A stretch of 64,000 nt of DNA from Hormiphora californensis (lineage: Eukaryota; Animalia; Ctenophora). Position 1 is the first letter of the stretch. Every line of letters starts with the position of its first letter. A program made the position numbers and the translations under genes. The notes under the pieces were generated by a model that ran no database searches, was not told the DNA's origin, and saw nothing but the letters and a program-made list of their open reading frames with translations. The DNA is taken from NCBI GenBank assembly GCA_020137815.1, contig CM035360.1, positions 930,001 to 994,000 on the forward strand, given 5' to 3'. Of this stretch, positions 9,779 to 22,606 are shown one piece after another.

Positions 9779-11922
9779 CTTTTCAAACGAAGTGGCCGTC
9801 TTTTCAAACTCTATAGATGGTAGGTTTCCTTTATTCAAAGTTAGCTTGATGGCTATACAGTGCTCAATCTTTGCATGCAGAGACCTATTAACACAAAAAA
9901 AGAAAATTCGCTTTCTTTGGTTTTTGATGTAAGGTTTCCTGTTAACACACGTAGCTAAGACGCCTCCCACCGAGAGTTCTCAACTGGTTACTCAAGAGCG
10001 AATAACAAAGGAAAACGATGCAACTGGCGTAACCATTTGCGAATATGCGATTATATAGTACCTCTGACCTTTGATCGCTAATTTGCCTCATTTTGAAGAG
10101 GGATCAGCACCATGCAATTATCCTATTATATTGTCACTATGGAGAATAATTATGATCGTAACATGGATAATTGGGACGGTCTATTAATTGGGACGGTCTA
10201 TTCCTCTCCAAAGTGAGTCAACGTAGCAAGATCGAGAGGTAGTTTATAACCCATTTAATTCCGATGCAAAAATAATAAAAAGGCAATGATGAATAGGTTC
10301 TAAGGGTTCTAAAATGCCTCATAGAGGTTCGATGATGCCCAAAACAATATATCCCATTGCGACTAGGACTGGGGCGTGGATCGAATAGGCACATAGACGA
10401 CAAAGGCTACAACGACTCATATTTCTTATTTCATGACCTGGCAATGAAACATTCTCAACCCATCCCCCATAAAAATAACGGGGCCGAGTGTCCATGAGAG
10501 GGGTTCAGGGCTCAGGGGTTAGTATAGAGGCCAAGGGGTATATCCGAGATGGGTTGTGGTTGTGCAGGTATAGGTTCAGTGCAGAGGAGAACCGAGAATG
10601 TGGTTGTGGGAAGTGGTTGGTTCACCAATATTTGATCCTCTGCAATTGTAGGACACCATCCTAGATTAGAGCAGCAAGGCGAAGGAACATATATCGGAAT
10701 ATTTAGTGTAAAATGAGGTGTCCGTGATTCTTTTAACTGCAGTCTCCCGCGTGCTACCAGGTAGTTTTTGCAGGTATTTTTATGAGGTCTAACGCCCCAC
10801 GGGCGCCGATAGTTCTTTGTGTTATGGGTCCCATCCCAGGCTCTCAAAGAATATTATAATACAAATTAGCAAGGATTACTGTAGTCTATAGTCGATGAAT
10901 TCTGCATAACAGATAGTTTTATGAGGTCTAACTCTCCACGGGGGACGAGTGATATACCCATGTGGTGCCGAGAAACATGGCGGGCGTCGATAGTTCTTTG
11001 TAATTTGTATTATGGCTCCCATTCTAGGTTCTAAAAGAAAATGAAGAACCTGGTAACTTGGGATGACACGTTGGTAACGAAGTAACCCCTGACCCCTCCC
11101 TTGTCAGCGCGTGAAGGGGTTATTTCGTTATTTCAAGGCGATACGGACCACGGGGTGAAAAGATCCATGTCGTTACTTTTTCCCGACATTGTCGACCAAT
11201 AGAAAAATGTGTGTCACGATACTTTTGTGACCTACTTGTTCGTTCTGCTACTGGTGGAAACGTTAAAACCCAACAAAATGGGCGGGGGGGGGGGGGGGGG
11301 GGGGGGTTGTACTTTATTTAAATTAAATAAGCGATGATTTGTTAATCATAAGTTTTGGCGGCTAAAAGCTAAAGCAGACTTGTTCTTTATGCAGTAGGGG
11401 GGGGGGGGCGTTCATATAGTTATAATATTCATAATCATATAATACTATAGTCATCCCATATTGACCTGCACTATCCAGTATTTCATGATGGGGTCCTTTG
11501 TGGAGCCATGTTATACCTCACCGAGTAATGTGTGTGCTAGGCAATGATTGCTGTCTTAGTATAGACTGGTTCATTCAAATAATATGTACTGGGAAGTTCA
11601 AGGGCGAACTTGGCGTCTTGCCAGAATATGTTAGTGAAAGGTTTATCGGTGGCTGGTAAACTGACCTAAATTTCTAAAAACTCGCATTTAATTATTATTT
11701 ATTGCAATAATAAAGTTGAACAGGGCTGTTTCTACTACTCACAGACCTAGCACGGTTACTTATTGAATATTGTTACTGGTGGTTACCAGTGGTTACCAGT
11801 GGCTACTAGTAGTTACCAGTGATTACCGGTGGTTACCAGTGGTTACTAGTGGTTACTAGTGGTTAGTTAGTGGTTACCAGTGGTTACTAGTGCCGGTAAA
11901 TTAACATTATTCCCTATTTCAG

Positions 11923-13290
11923 TAACAAAGAAAAGTCCCCGATCCAAAAATGCAGTGACCCAGCTGATAGGCTTGTGCCGGCTCTGGACAACATTATCCC
12001 TAACTCAGCTACCCTGCCATATGATATGAAACACATTATCAAGTAAGTAATAACCAGCTTGTAACCATGGCATAGAGTTAATCCTTGTTTGCGAATCAAA
12101 GTCGTCCAGGAGAGTAGCCGTATTATTTGTCTCTCACCCCTTACCAAACAACACCAACCAGGTTCCCCTCCCACCCGGGATATTTCTAATAACACCCCCC
12201 CCCCTCTCCAAGTCCAACCAGGTTCCCCTCCCACCCGAGATTTTTCTAATAACACCTCTCCTCCCACCAGGTTCCTAGTCGACGAGGGAGACTTCTTTGA
12301 GATCCAAGAACACTACGCTAAGAACATCGTGGTTGGGTTTGCACGGGTGAATGGTGAAACTGTGGGTATTGTAGGGAATCAGCCACTAGTAGCTGCTGGT
12401 TGTCTCGATATCAATGCCAGTATCAAAGGTTTGTGTGTGACTTTATTGTAGAGGATTGAGTGGGTACCATGGTAACGAGGGGGAATTATATAACGCTTGT
12501 AAAAACAATATCATAGGTTCTGAGCCACGGCTAACAATATCTGATTGTGAACTAATTTTGCAGGTGCTAGATTTGTCCGGTTTTGTGATTCCTTCAACAT
12601 ACCTCTAGTGATATTGGAGGACGTTCCCGGATTCCTACCAGGTATGTATCGAAATTTGCCTTGTATTTGTCACAGTTCGTGCGTCTGAGTGAGATAATAT
12701 CACTCAGACGTGGACTGTGCCATTTACAAAGTAGATTTCATTTCCATTCATGTGCTTGAATCCTTGGATCTAAAATGGTGTCTGATACTAACTTTATTTC
12801 TATCTGAAATAAGAGTGTGGTTAAATTTAGTATTTCTTTTGACACGAGTTTATACATGACCCCCTCCCTCCCACAACATGACCCCCCTTGCTCCCCCAAC
12901 ATAACCCCCTTTCTCTCCCCCAACATAACCCCCTTCCTCCCCCAACAAAACACCCCTTCTTCTCTAGGCACCCAACAAGAGTATGGCGGTATTATTAAAC
13001 ACGGAGCCAAGTTATTGTATGCCCTGGCTGAGGCCACTGTACCCAAGATTACCATTATCACTCGTAAGGTAAGAGTAAAACTAATTATACTAATTATTAA
13101 GCCAAAAAACTAATTGAAATTAGTTGGCGGGAAAGGTGACCCACTTACACCTTTTGCTACTGCCGGGTATCACCACGAACTCTCATTCTATCCCTCGGTA
13201 TCTCAATCTCTTATTTTTCGAGGTTAACTTATTCCTGTTCGTTCTATCCATCTCTCTCCTCCCTGTCTCCCTGTCTCCCTGTCTCTCTCG

Positions 13291-13376
<86 letters not shown>

Positions 13377-15492
13377 ATCACACTCTCTTTCACTGTCTTA
13401 TTCCATTATATTCACCTCTTATATCCCTGATCCCGGCAGCAGGCAAAGGTGTAAGTGGGTCACCTTTCCCGCCAACTAATTTCAATTAGTTTTTTGGCTT
13501 AATTTAGGTCCTTTTTTGGTTTCTAATCGCAGCATGACATTATTTCATGATGTAATATCGAAATGATGCGTTATATGAGAAACGAGACGAATTTCTGTAA
13601 AAATCGTATTTTAGACGTCATAATGACGTCATTTGACGTAATTAGTGACGTCGTAACGACGTAATTGCATCACGATATATTTTGAATCAATACCCCAAAG
13701 GAGCTTGTAAAGTTTCATTGACCACAGTGGTCAGGAAAGGGAGTTTTTGCTCGAAAAATGTTCAATTTGCTGAATTTTTCGTCAAATTTTTGACTTCCGA
13801 CGCGATTTAAGGGCTCAAAATGATAAGCTACAAAAATTCGCTATATAGTATCTGAAAGTTCAGACGATTTGCCGGTAACGATTTTTCGTCAAATCAGAAA
13901 TCGGAACACGTCTTCAGGGTGCTAGAGGCGTTTGAAAAAAGTAAGTCGGTCTCGCGCAATGACGTCACTCGTGACGTCATTGCGCGCATCATAGGTAAGA
14001 TGGAGAGTCGCCACCCAGATGGGTACATGCACGAGACAATTGTCTGTCGAATGCCGCTTGGTTTAAGGTCGTACGATGTCTGGTTCGTCTCAAACTGGGA
14101 CCAAACGGAAGGTAACAAAGCGTCTATACGTCTATCTATGTATATATCAACCTAGTTATCCCCACACTGAATTTTCTGTTTTGGGGGTGGTGTTATAACT
14201 TTTGAACAAAAAAAGCTAGCCACTTGAAATTTTTACCGTCGATAGAGGTCTACAAGAAGCTTCTAAGTACAAAATTTCAGCTTCCTAGCTCTTCCGGTTC
14301 GGGAGTTATGGCATGTCAAAAAGTGCCAAAATGGGCTAAAAGTATGAAATAACTATATATACGCTGTGAGCAAGCGGGCCGTTTTTGGGGGAAATTTTTT
14401 CGGGGGATGGATGGGGTCACCTTTGCGCTTGCCAGCGCAGTGATAATTAAACTAATTATAGTATGACGTATCTCACAAGGTAAGGTTTATCATAGTTCAT
14501 CTCTTGTTGATGTGAAGTTTCATAGATTGATTGGCCCCTCTGTGTTTGCGCACGAAACTAGCCAAAGTCTTTGGAAATAATTTTTATCGAAAATCTCAAT
14601 AAAAATCACCTATAACCCCACTCAAGTATTGATGTCTACTACCCAATATAATGGTATGTAAAAAGATTCTAACCCCCACTCCCCTTCTAATGTAAGGTGG
14701 TCTGCTAACCCCTACTCCCCCTCCTATCCTAACCCCCACTCCCCTTCTAAGGTGGTCTGCTAACTCCCACTCCCTCCCTATAACAGGCATACGGTGGTGC
14801 CTACGTTGTAATGAATAGTAAGCACATCAGAGCGGATGTGAACTATGCCTGGCCCAGTGCTGAGATAGCCGTTATGGGAAGTAAGGGTGCTGTGTCTATC
14901 ATCTGTAGGGGGGATCCTGATTTGGAGGAGAGAGAGAAGGAGTATGTGGAGGTGTTCGCTAACCCGTTCCCAACTGCCAAGAAAGGTAGGGTGATGTGAG
15001 GGTCGAGAGTCCTTGTCTTAAATCCTATCACGTGTCTCTTCACTCTGTGTGTGGGACACAATTAGATAATGTTTTTGACTTGGCTCATTTTGTTCTCGAG
15101 AAGGAACGGCAAATGTGATATGTATGATATAGCTTATAAATATGGCCACAACTCTAACCCTAACTCCCCCCACCACTTTACGGCCCCCCTACTCCCCCCA
15201 CCACTTTACGGCCCCCCTACTCCCCCCACCACTTTACGGCCCCCCTAACTCCCCCCACCACTTAACGGTCCCCCCACCACTTTACGGCCCCCCTAACTCC
15301 CCCCCACCACTTTACGGCCCCCTAACTCCCCCTCACCACTTTACGGCCCCCCTAACTCTCCCTCACCAAGGTTTTGTCGATGACGTCATTATGCCGAGTG
15401 ACACCCGAAAGAGGTTGTGTAACGACCTCAAGTGGCTACGTAATAAGGTCCAGAAGAACCCCACCAAGAAACACGGGAACATCCCACTTTAA
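11923..15492 (+). CDS. PCCB: Propionyl-CoA carboxylase beta chain, 3' exons only
   Basis: Exons ~11923-12042, 12271-12428, 12564-12641, 12969-13068, 14788-14986, 15371-15492 give [25 protein letters not shown]...VGIVGNQP...[24 protein letters not shown]...[53 protein letters not shown] and the C-terminal KKHGNIPL. Confidence 0.95.
13096..14445. mobile_element. Non-autonomous DNA-transposon-like insertion in a PCCB intron with a ~72-bp inverted repeat around (CT)n
   Basis: 13096-13168 is the reverse complement of 13432-13503; a related terminus cacctttgcgcttgccagcg lies at ~14418-14437; no coding capacity seen. Confidence 0.55.
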
Positions 15493-16183
15493 AAACCACC
15501 ACGTTACTCTCCTAGTGGATTTTATAAGTAGTCAGTGTTTTTTGCAGCGCCAACCATACCTGAGAGGTTAAAACTCATTCAAGAAATCAAAACGGGTCGT
15601 TTTTTAGTTTGTATTCGTCTTGGGTTGAATTGCGTGGTATAACACCCCTCACTTTTGCATGTATACTTGCTGTGCGTGTGTGAATGGTTGTCTGTGTGTA
15701 TGTATATCTAGCTATAAAGTTGTATTGTATTACGGGGTTTAAATTACCATCTGATAAGCAGAGGAAGCTTGGAAACAGTTGTCTGGAGTGTATTTTTATC
15801 ATAGCTCTAGATTAAAATTATAGTCCATCTTTTTAATGATCGTATAACTTATTGTCCGTTAGATTTGTGCGTTGAGTATTAGCAATTAGAGAGGCATTGT
15901 TCACTGAGGTGTTCTTACGTGTTTTGTACGTACTTTTTTCTACAATAAATTGGAAGTGTATCATCTGTGTTTTCAGTATCTGGAGCCTATGTTATTCGTT
16001 TCTCGGTAACCCTTTTTCCCCTAGATGAACACAACAGTTATTTTCTCCTAATAATCCTTCAAAATATCAATGAAATGACCAATTAATAACCCCTTTGTTA
16101 ATCCTTATAGCACATGCATCATGGTGTAGAATCAGATAATAAACGAAGCAGGGAGATAACACCAGCAAATAGCCAGATACGCC

Positions 16184-19133
16184 ATGGGCAGTTTATCTCA
16201 GGGGGCTGAGTTTCAGAGTTTCAAAAGTTCGTTAACAAAACAAAGGATAACTATTGAAGGTACAGGAGGTTCATAATGTTCACCTTCAATTTAATGAACA
16301 TGTTAACTTTGTTTTATACAATTTGGATACAGTGTGCAGTTTGTATCAATCCCCCATGGACCTGATCCAGTGATCCCCCTCCCCCAAGAAACCAATGAAG
16401 CCCCAATTCTGATTCCAATGAATATTAAAACTCCGGCAACTTTCTTCAGATGGAGCTGGTGAGGGTGTGTGGACTGTGTATGATACTGGACCCAGAACAG
16501 TCAGATCCCCCCTCATAATGATACCTCCCCTGGGTGCTACACCTGAGGTCTTCTATAAACAGGTTAGTTAGTGGAACTGTAAATTAATGATATTGGGGAG
16601 AGGCGTTTTAAATACTGTACAGTCTTACACCCTTGTTCCATGGGCAGAATTCGGCAAAATTTAGGCTGAATTACGCCTTTTAGGCCGAATTACGCGGCAG
16701 AATTACGCGGCAGAATTACGCCTTGTGCCAAGGCGTAATTCAGCCTAAAAGGCGTAATTCGGCCTTTTTGGTAGCCCCTTGGGAGGGTGTTATTCACACA
16801 TCTAATTGATCAATGAAATAACTCAATAGATCTCTCTTTCACACCATGCTTAATTAGGGCGTGAAAAAACATCTCACACAGAGTTTGTGCGTCTGTGAGT
16901 CAGTATCTTTCTTCCCGTGGAACCGAAGTGCTCACTTTCAAACGGCAGACCCTTTTGCGGAGTTCTGCCCGTGGAACTAGGGGGTAATTTACCCGCCCCC
17001 CCCCCCCTCCAATAATCTCCTTCCACTCTAAGGTGTAACACCCCCTACCCTAAAAGAATATTATAATTATCCCTCCCCTTTGGTATCGAAGACACCTCAC
17101 ACTCGCGCAAGGGGTAACTTCGTAACCAACCCTCACCTCTATCCCTCTCTCTAGGTGTTATCCCTCTATCTCTCCCTCTCTAGGTGTTACCCCTGTCCAG
17201 TAAGGGTATCATAGTGTTGACAGTTGAGGGTCCTGTCTGTTACCCCTCCCCTCCCCCTCTCTAGGTGTTATCCCTGTCCAGTAAGGGTATCAGGGTGTTA
17301 GCAGTTGAGGGTCCTGTATGTTACCCCTCCCCTCCCTCTCTCTAGGTGTTATCCCTGTCCAGTAAGGGTATCAGGGTGTTAGCTGTTGAAGGACCTGTCT
17401 GTTGGTCAGAGGGCAGGTGGTGTACCAGTTTCAGGAACCTACTCTACCATTTTAACGTTGATAAGGTAATGCTGAGCGTACTCCAGCTCGTTACCAACAG
17501 GGATTCCTTGCGATAGATATGGTAATGGAGACTTTCTTTGCTCGCTGTGGTATGTACTACACGAACCCGTTCACATATTTGACATGTTCTATTTCCCCTG
17601 TAGGTCCACCTGTTTGGAGCCGGTTTGGGAGGTTACCTGGCTCAGAAGTTTTCCGAAATTACATTCCGTAACCCCATGGTGATATCTCTACTCCTGTGCA
17701 ACACTTTCTCTGATACAACGTCTTACAGCAAGGTATTATAGTACAATGTTGTAACCCCATTCCTAGTCTTCATTCCCCTCAGCTCACGTCACCTCGGGAG
17801 GCACCTCGGTCTTGATCAAATATCACTGATAGCTCCGTTTGGCAAATTAGCATTTTCTAGAGTCTACCCTACTATAATTAATACTACTGCTGTTGCTTAT
17901 TTGTTTGATAAATATCTAACTTTTAACAACTTCTTCTTCTACAGGGTAGAATGCCATCAGTTTACTACATGATGCCAACATTTGCATTGCGAAGACAAAT
18001 CCTTGCTGAAATACCCAGGTAAAATAATTTATAGTTCAAGTTTTCTCTGGGTTTGTCCACCATGGAAACCACTTTTTAATTATATGTACTTGTATTAGGC
18101 AAGATAATAAATATGTACATGAACTCTTTATGTACATCCCTATCAAATCTGAGGGCACATGATCAGTGTGCCCAGACGGTGATAGCTGAATTTCATTGAA
18201 ATGAACCGTACCAAATCTTTCAGTGTATCAACTACAGGCCACATGGCGGACTCTGTTGGTTAACCCTAATATACAACTGTTTCAGTGTATCAACTACAGG
18301 CCACATGGCGGACTCTGTTGATTTCATGGTTGAGCAAGTGGAGAAGATAGACCGGAGTACACTGGCCTCTAGACTAGTTATCAGGTGCATGTTTTATGAT
18401 TTCTACTACCCCAAAGCCCGAAGGTGCCGGGCAAGTCTGCCTCAAGCCCCTCAATTCCCAAAACAAAGCCCAAAGACAATCTAGACGTTAGATTGATTTT
18501 TACTTATTTCCAAACCTATAAACGTCTAATTAATTATAATTTACTTTCAATTACCGCAGGTCAACACGGAGTTACATTGAGCCACAGCGGTTACGTCATC
18601 AGCCCATAACGATCATAGAGAGTTTTGATGATCCTGGTACCACCCCCACCATACAGGTAAACATTATAAGTATAATCCCCAGTAAGTTCAGGTATGCTAT
18701 ACTATAGCCTATAATTGTCATAGTGAGTGATAAGATTTTACATTCATAAATTCTAGGTCCAGTTTTCGATATTGACCTTGATATTAGTTTGGTTACGAAA
18801 TAACCTCTCGTGCGCTGACAAGGGAGGGGTTATTTCGTTACCAAGATATTTAGTCAGATTTAAATTCACATATCCCTTAATCTGCAGGAAGACCTTGATA
18901 TTAATTTTAATTAAGTAAGATTTAAACCCCACTCACACATATTCCTTAATCTGCAGGAGGATCTACACAAGTGCTACCCAGACGCCCGGAAAGGTCAAAT
19001 AAAGAGCGGAGGACCCTTTCCCTATCTCTCTGCTGCTCATGAAGTGAACCTATACATCCTTATTCACCTTAAATCTTTTGTGAACACTAAACTGTCACCC
19101 TATGAGAAGTCTACAGAGCCAGTTAATGAGTAG
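16184..19133 (+). CDS. SPG21: Maspardin (alpha/beta-hydrolase fold), 8 exons
   Basis: [16 protein letters not shown]...; [31 protein letters not shown]; [16 protein letters not shown]...[11 protein letters not shown]; [13 protein letters not shown]...LASRL; [31 protein letters not shown]; GT-AG junctions. Confidence 0.93.
16627..16986. mobile_element. MITE in a maspardin intron
   Basis: Imperfect TIRs cccttgttccatgggcagaattcggcaaaa / ttttgcggagttctgcccgtggaactaggg; internal inverted gaattacgcc repeats. Confidence 0.6.
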
Positions 19134-20365
19134 ATATAATAGTTAGATTGATCCACATGAACTTCCTGCCTGGCGACGCGTACTGTCACTGGGGCAACGC
19201 CAGACAGTGAACTGCCAACTAAAGCTTAATTTTTGTTTTTTGCTGTTTTTTTGAGGACATTTTTGAGACATTACAAACAGTGTGTTTCAATTGCTACTTA
19301 CTTTTATTAGTTTCTAGTCCTACTCCTACCGGTAGGTATTATTACTGTATAAATACATTTACTTTTAGTAAAGTTTGACCAGCCGAACAAAGCAGTGTGA
19401 GCTAAACAAAGTTACTGTTAGCAACAGGGAATATATTTAACACTTAACAGTGTAGCTGAAGAGGTGATGAGTGCTGGCACTCTTTTGTTTTTCTCAGCTT
19501 TTCGAGAATTAGAAATGTTTGTGTGTGTACATGTTGGTTTTTTGATTTTGTAAAATTGTAAGTAACGACTTTCGAGTGTTCGAATTCCTGAAAATATTGC
19601 TGTTGTGTACTTTTTGAAGAATCATATGGGGCACTTTCGGCTCCTCAAGCTGACGTCAGACATTCATTTCCGATACCAATGGATGTTGACACTGTGCCGT
19701 CTTGTATTGGTCCAAGTCTAAACAAGACCCCATCTCCCGGCAAAACTTAAGAGTTGGAACCATTCCAACAAAACGATAGCTATACTATGACACTGTGGTG
19801 TAAACTCGCACGATGGATCTGATCACTTGAGATCCACTTCCTAAATCCCAAATCCTACGTGTATGCCCGGGAGCGGGGCTCCTCCCTAGAACTTGAGTAG
19901 AACATAGCAAACCACATCAAAAGACTCCGATCCAATTGAAAAAGGGGTGTCTGAATGAGAGAGCATACCACGTGCTAAAAAAGGAGGCAAGGTGACTAGA
20001 AATAAAACTTAGAATTAGATGCACATCCGCAACCAGGACCCCAACACAGCTCAGTTTAATTTCGCTGTTCAGGTTGTAATCCAATCTTTTTGTTTTGCAC
20101 GTCCTGCAGCGATTTCTAGGTCGCCATTTATGCAATTATGCGTCGCATTATTGGCTGTAGGGTAATGAACATTTGTCCTGGTTAAATTGATATTGCACAG
20201 TTTGCATAGTCCCAGTCTCAAAGTCATCATTAACATGACCACAGCTTACCATTTGCCCCACAGCTTACACTCAAAACACGGGATTTTACAAAATTTGGAA
20301 AACAAATAGAGCCGTGATATACACAATATATAGTGCGAGAAAAAATAGTGTCTCTTTCCACATAT

Positions 20366-22071
20366 CTAACTGGCTTTGACAGACGACTTCTTGCTCTCCA
20401 CCAACTCCCTCAACGCCTGCTCGCTTTCCTTCAGATTCTTGCTTAGGTACACCTTTTGTTGCTGGAATAAAGGGGGATGTTAGTAACCGAATATAAATTA
20501 CAAAAACATGGTGTTATAAAGTTACTCTTTAGTCACTCTTTAGAAGACTGACAACTACTTTCTCTCACCTCTAGGGCCTGGATCTGTTCACGACTCTTCA
20601 TGGCTTTGTCCTTTAGTTGTTCCAGAATGGTGTCCTGAGTCTCAAGAACAAACCTGAAATTATCACATTTGTTAATTAATATCGGTTCCAAAGAAAGCAA
20701 CTCGACTCATGACGGTCTTCTCTCGATCCCTTGTCAGCGCTAAGCATCACATTAGTTTGTTCCACGCGCGGCGCAATTAAAATGCTGACACGGTGTGGTT
20801 TTCTGTTTTATGTTCGAGCGCGTTACAGAACCTAACATAATCAACTGTGACATGCAACGGCTCTTGATGACCCTCCCGTAGTGTCCTAGTAGAGTCGATA
20901 ACTACATCGACCTCTCCCAATTGTTCCAGTTTTTGTCACATCTGTTTGGAGCCTCGACACGACCTCTAAACAGGTGTTACTTTTTCACAAACTGTTTTCA
21001 TCTTGGTGTAATCAGCAGTTGAAATGTTGTTGATCATAACAAAAACCTGACTAAATTTTTTCAACTTGGGGTAAAACCATGGGTGTCAAAAGTTAGCTCT
21101 AGGTCCCCTGAGTAACCATCCGGAGACTCCAAGAGATATTTCAAGCCGTTCTCCTGTAATCATTAATCCCGGTAGAGCACATATTTGAGTATGGACGTAC
21201 GTGCAATTGCCTACAACCTCAACTTTAATGTATAACGTTAATGTGCGTCTCTCTCTTTTCTCCCCCTTGAGAAAGAGTTATCTCGCGCGGCGCAACCGCA
21301 CGTGCGGTTTTTCCAGAGAGAGTGAGAGACATACAATAACATGTAAACAGCCTGCCAGCGCTCACGTACGTCCGCATTGTATTTTTTTCTCCACCGGGAT
21401 TAATGATTACGGGAGAACGGCTTGAAATATCTCTTAGAGTCTCCGGATGGTTACTCAGGGGACCTAGAGCTAACTTTTGACACCCATGGTTTTACCCCAA
21501 GTTGAAAAAATTTAGTCAGGTTTTTGTTATGATCAGCAACATTTCAACTGCTGATTACACCAAGATGAAAACAGTTTGTGAAAAAGTAACACCTGTTTAG
21601 AGGTCGTGTCGAGGCTCCAAACAGATGTGACAAAAACTGGAACAATTGGGAGAGGTCGATGTAGTTATCGACTCTACTATCCCATACGGTGCATAAAATT
21701 ACATTTAAAACTTACATTCTACCAACGCTCTCGAACAGTTTGGTGTCAGCTGGGGCGTTCCTGATCTCTGCGTAGGTCAACTCTGCATGCTTGCCCCTGT
21801 TCTTGCACTGTTCAACCTAGAATGTGAAAAGTTTGAAACTTTGTGAATTATATCGGGTGACAAGTCCCAGATTTGCTAAACAAATTGTCGTGCATGCGTT
21901 AACATATTTCCCCGCCCTTGATTCGGTCCTTTTTAACATCCTATTAATCAACAATTATGCTCAGTATTTTGAATTTCTCACCTGGGTATCGACGCCCTTG
22001 ATTCTGCTGGCAGTCTCAGTGGTTTTGTTTTTAAGCTCGGTGAAAGCTTTCTTCAACTCAACGTCAGCCAT
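20366..22071 (-). CDS. PFDN1: Prefoldin subunit 1, 4 exons
   Basis: MADVELKKAFTELKNK...; HAELTYAEIRNAPADTKLFESVGRM|FVLETQD...; QQKVYLSKNLKESEQALRELV. Confidence 0.93.
20887..21679. mobile_element. Foldback/MITE with ~290-bp near-perfect inverted arms, in a PFDN1 intron
   Basis: 20887-~21175 is the reverse complement of ~21390-21679 (tagtagagtcgataactac... / ...gtagttatcgactctacta). Confidence 0.9.
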
Positions 22072-22099
22072 GATAGTTAACTTTTTAGCTACAAATTGT

Positions 22100-22158
<59 letters not shown>

Positions 22159-22606
22159 GCTAGGGAGAGAATACGAGTATCTCTGGATAGAGCAGATCTA
22201 GGATGAGAGCGATCTTGCGCTCGCATCTCTCACGATCTTCTCTCGATCGTAGCTCTGATACTATCTTCTCTCTATCTCTCTATCTCGCTACTCTCTCTCT
22301 CTCTCTCTCTCTCTTCTCTTCTCTCTCTCTCTCTCCCTTCTCCCTTAAATATAATAACTTCATCCTGGAGACAAACACGGTTTGTAATTGAAATATTAGG
22401 GCAACAAGTAAGCATAAAACAACAGCAATGATAAAAACGGGTATTCGGATCAAGTAACGTTTTTACTTTTTAATCTCAATTGCTAATGTATTGCCTGACT
22501 TAAACACTGATCATATAGATCGACCTGCATTGTAGTATAACTAACTAATTAATTAATTAATTAATTGTGTAACTTTATTTCCGATTCAGACTGCAATTAA
22601 ACTATC

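Noticed and set aside
10318-10494. Short minus-strand ORF MDTRPRYFYGGW...VLVAMGYIVLGIIEPL
   Set aside because: No convincing acceptor or upstream exons and no recognisable family; cannot be supported.
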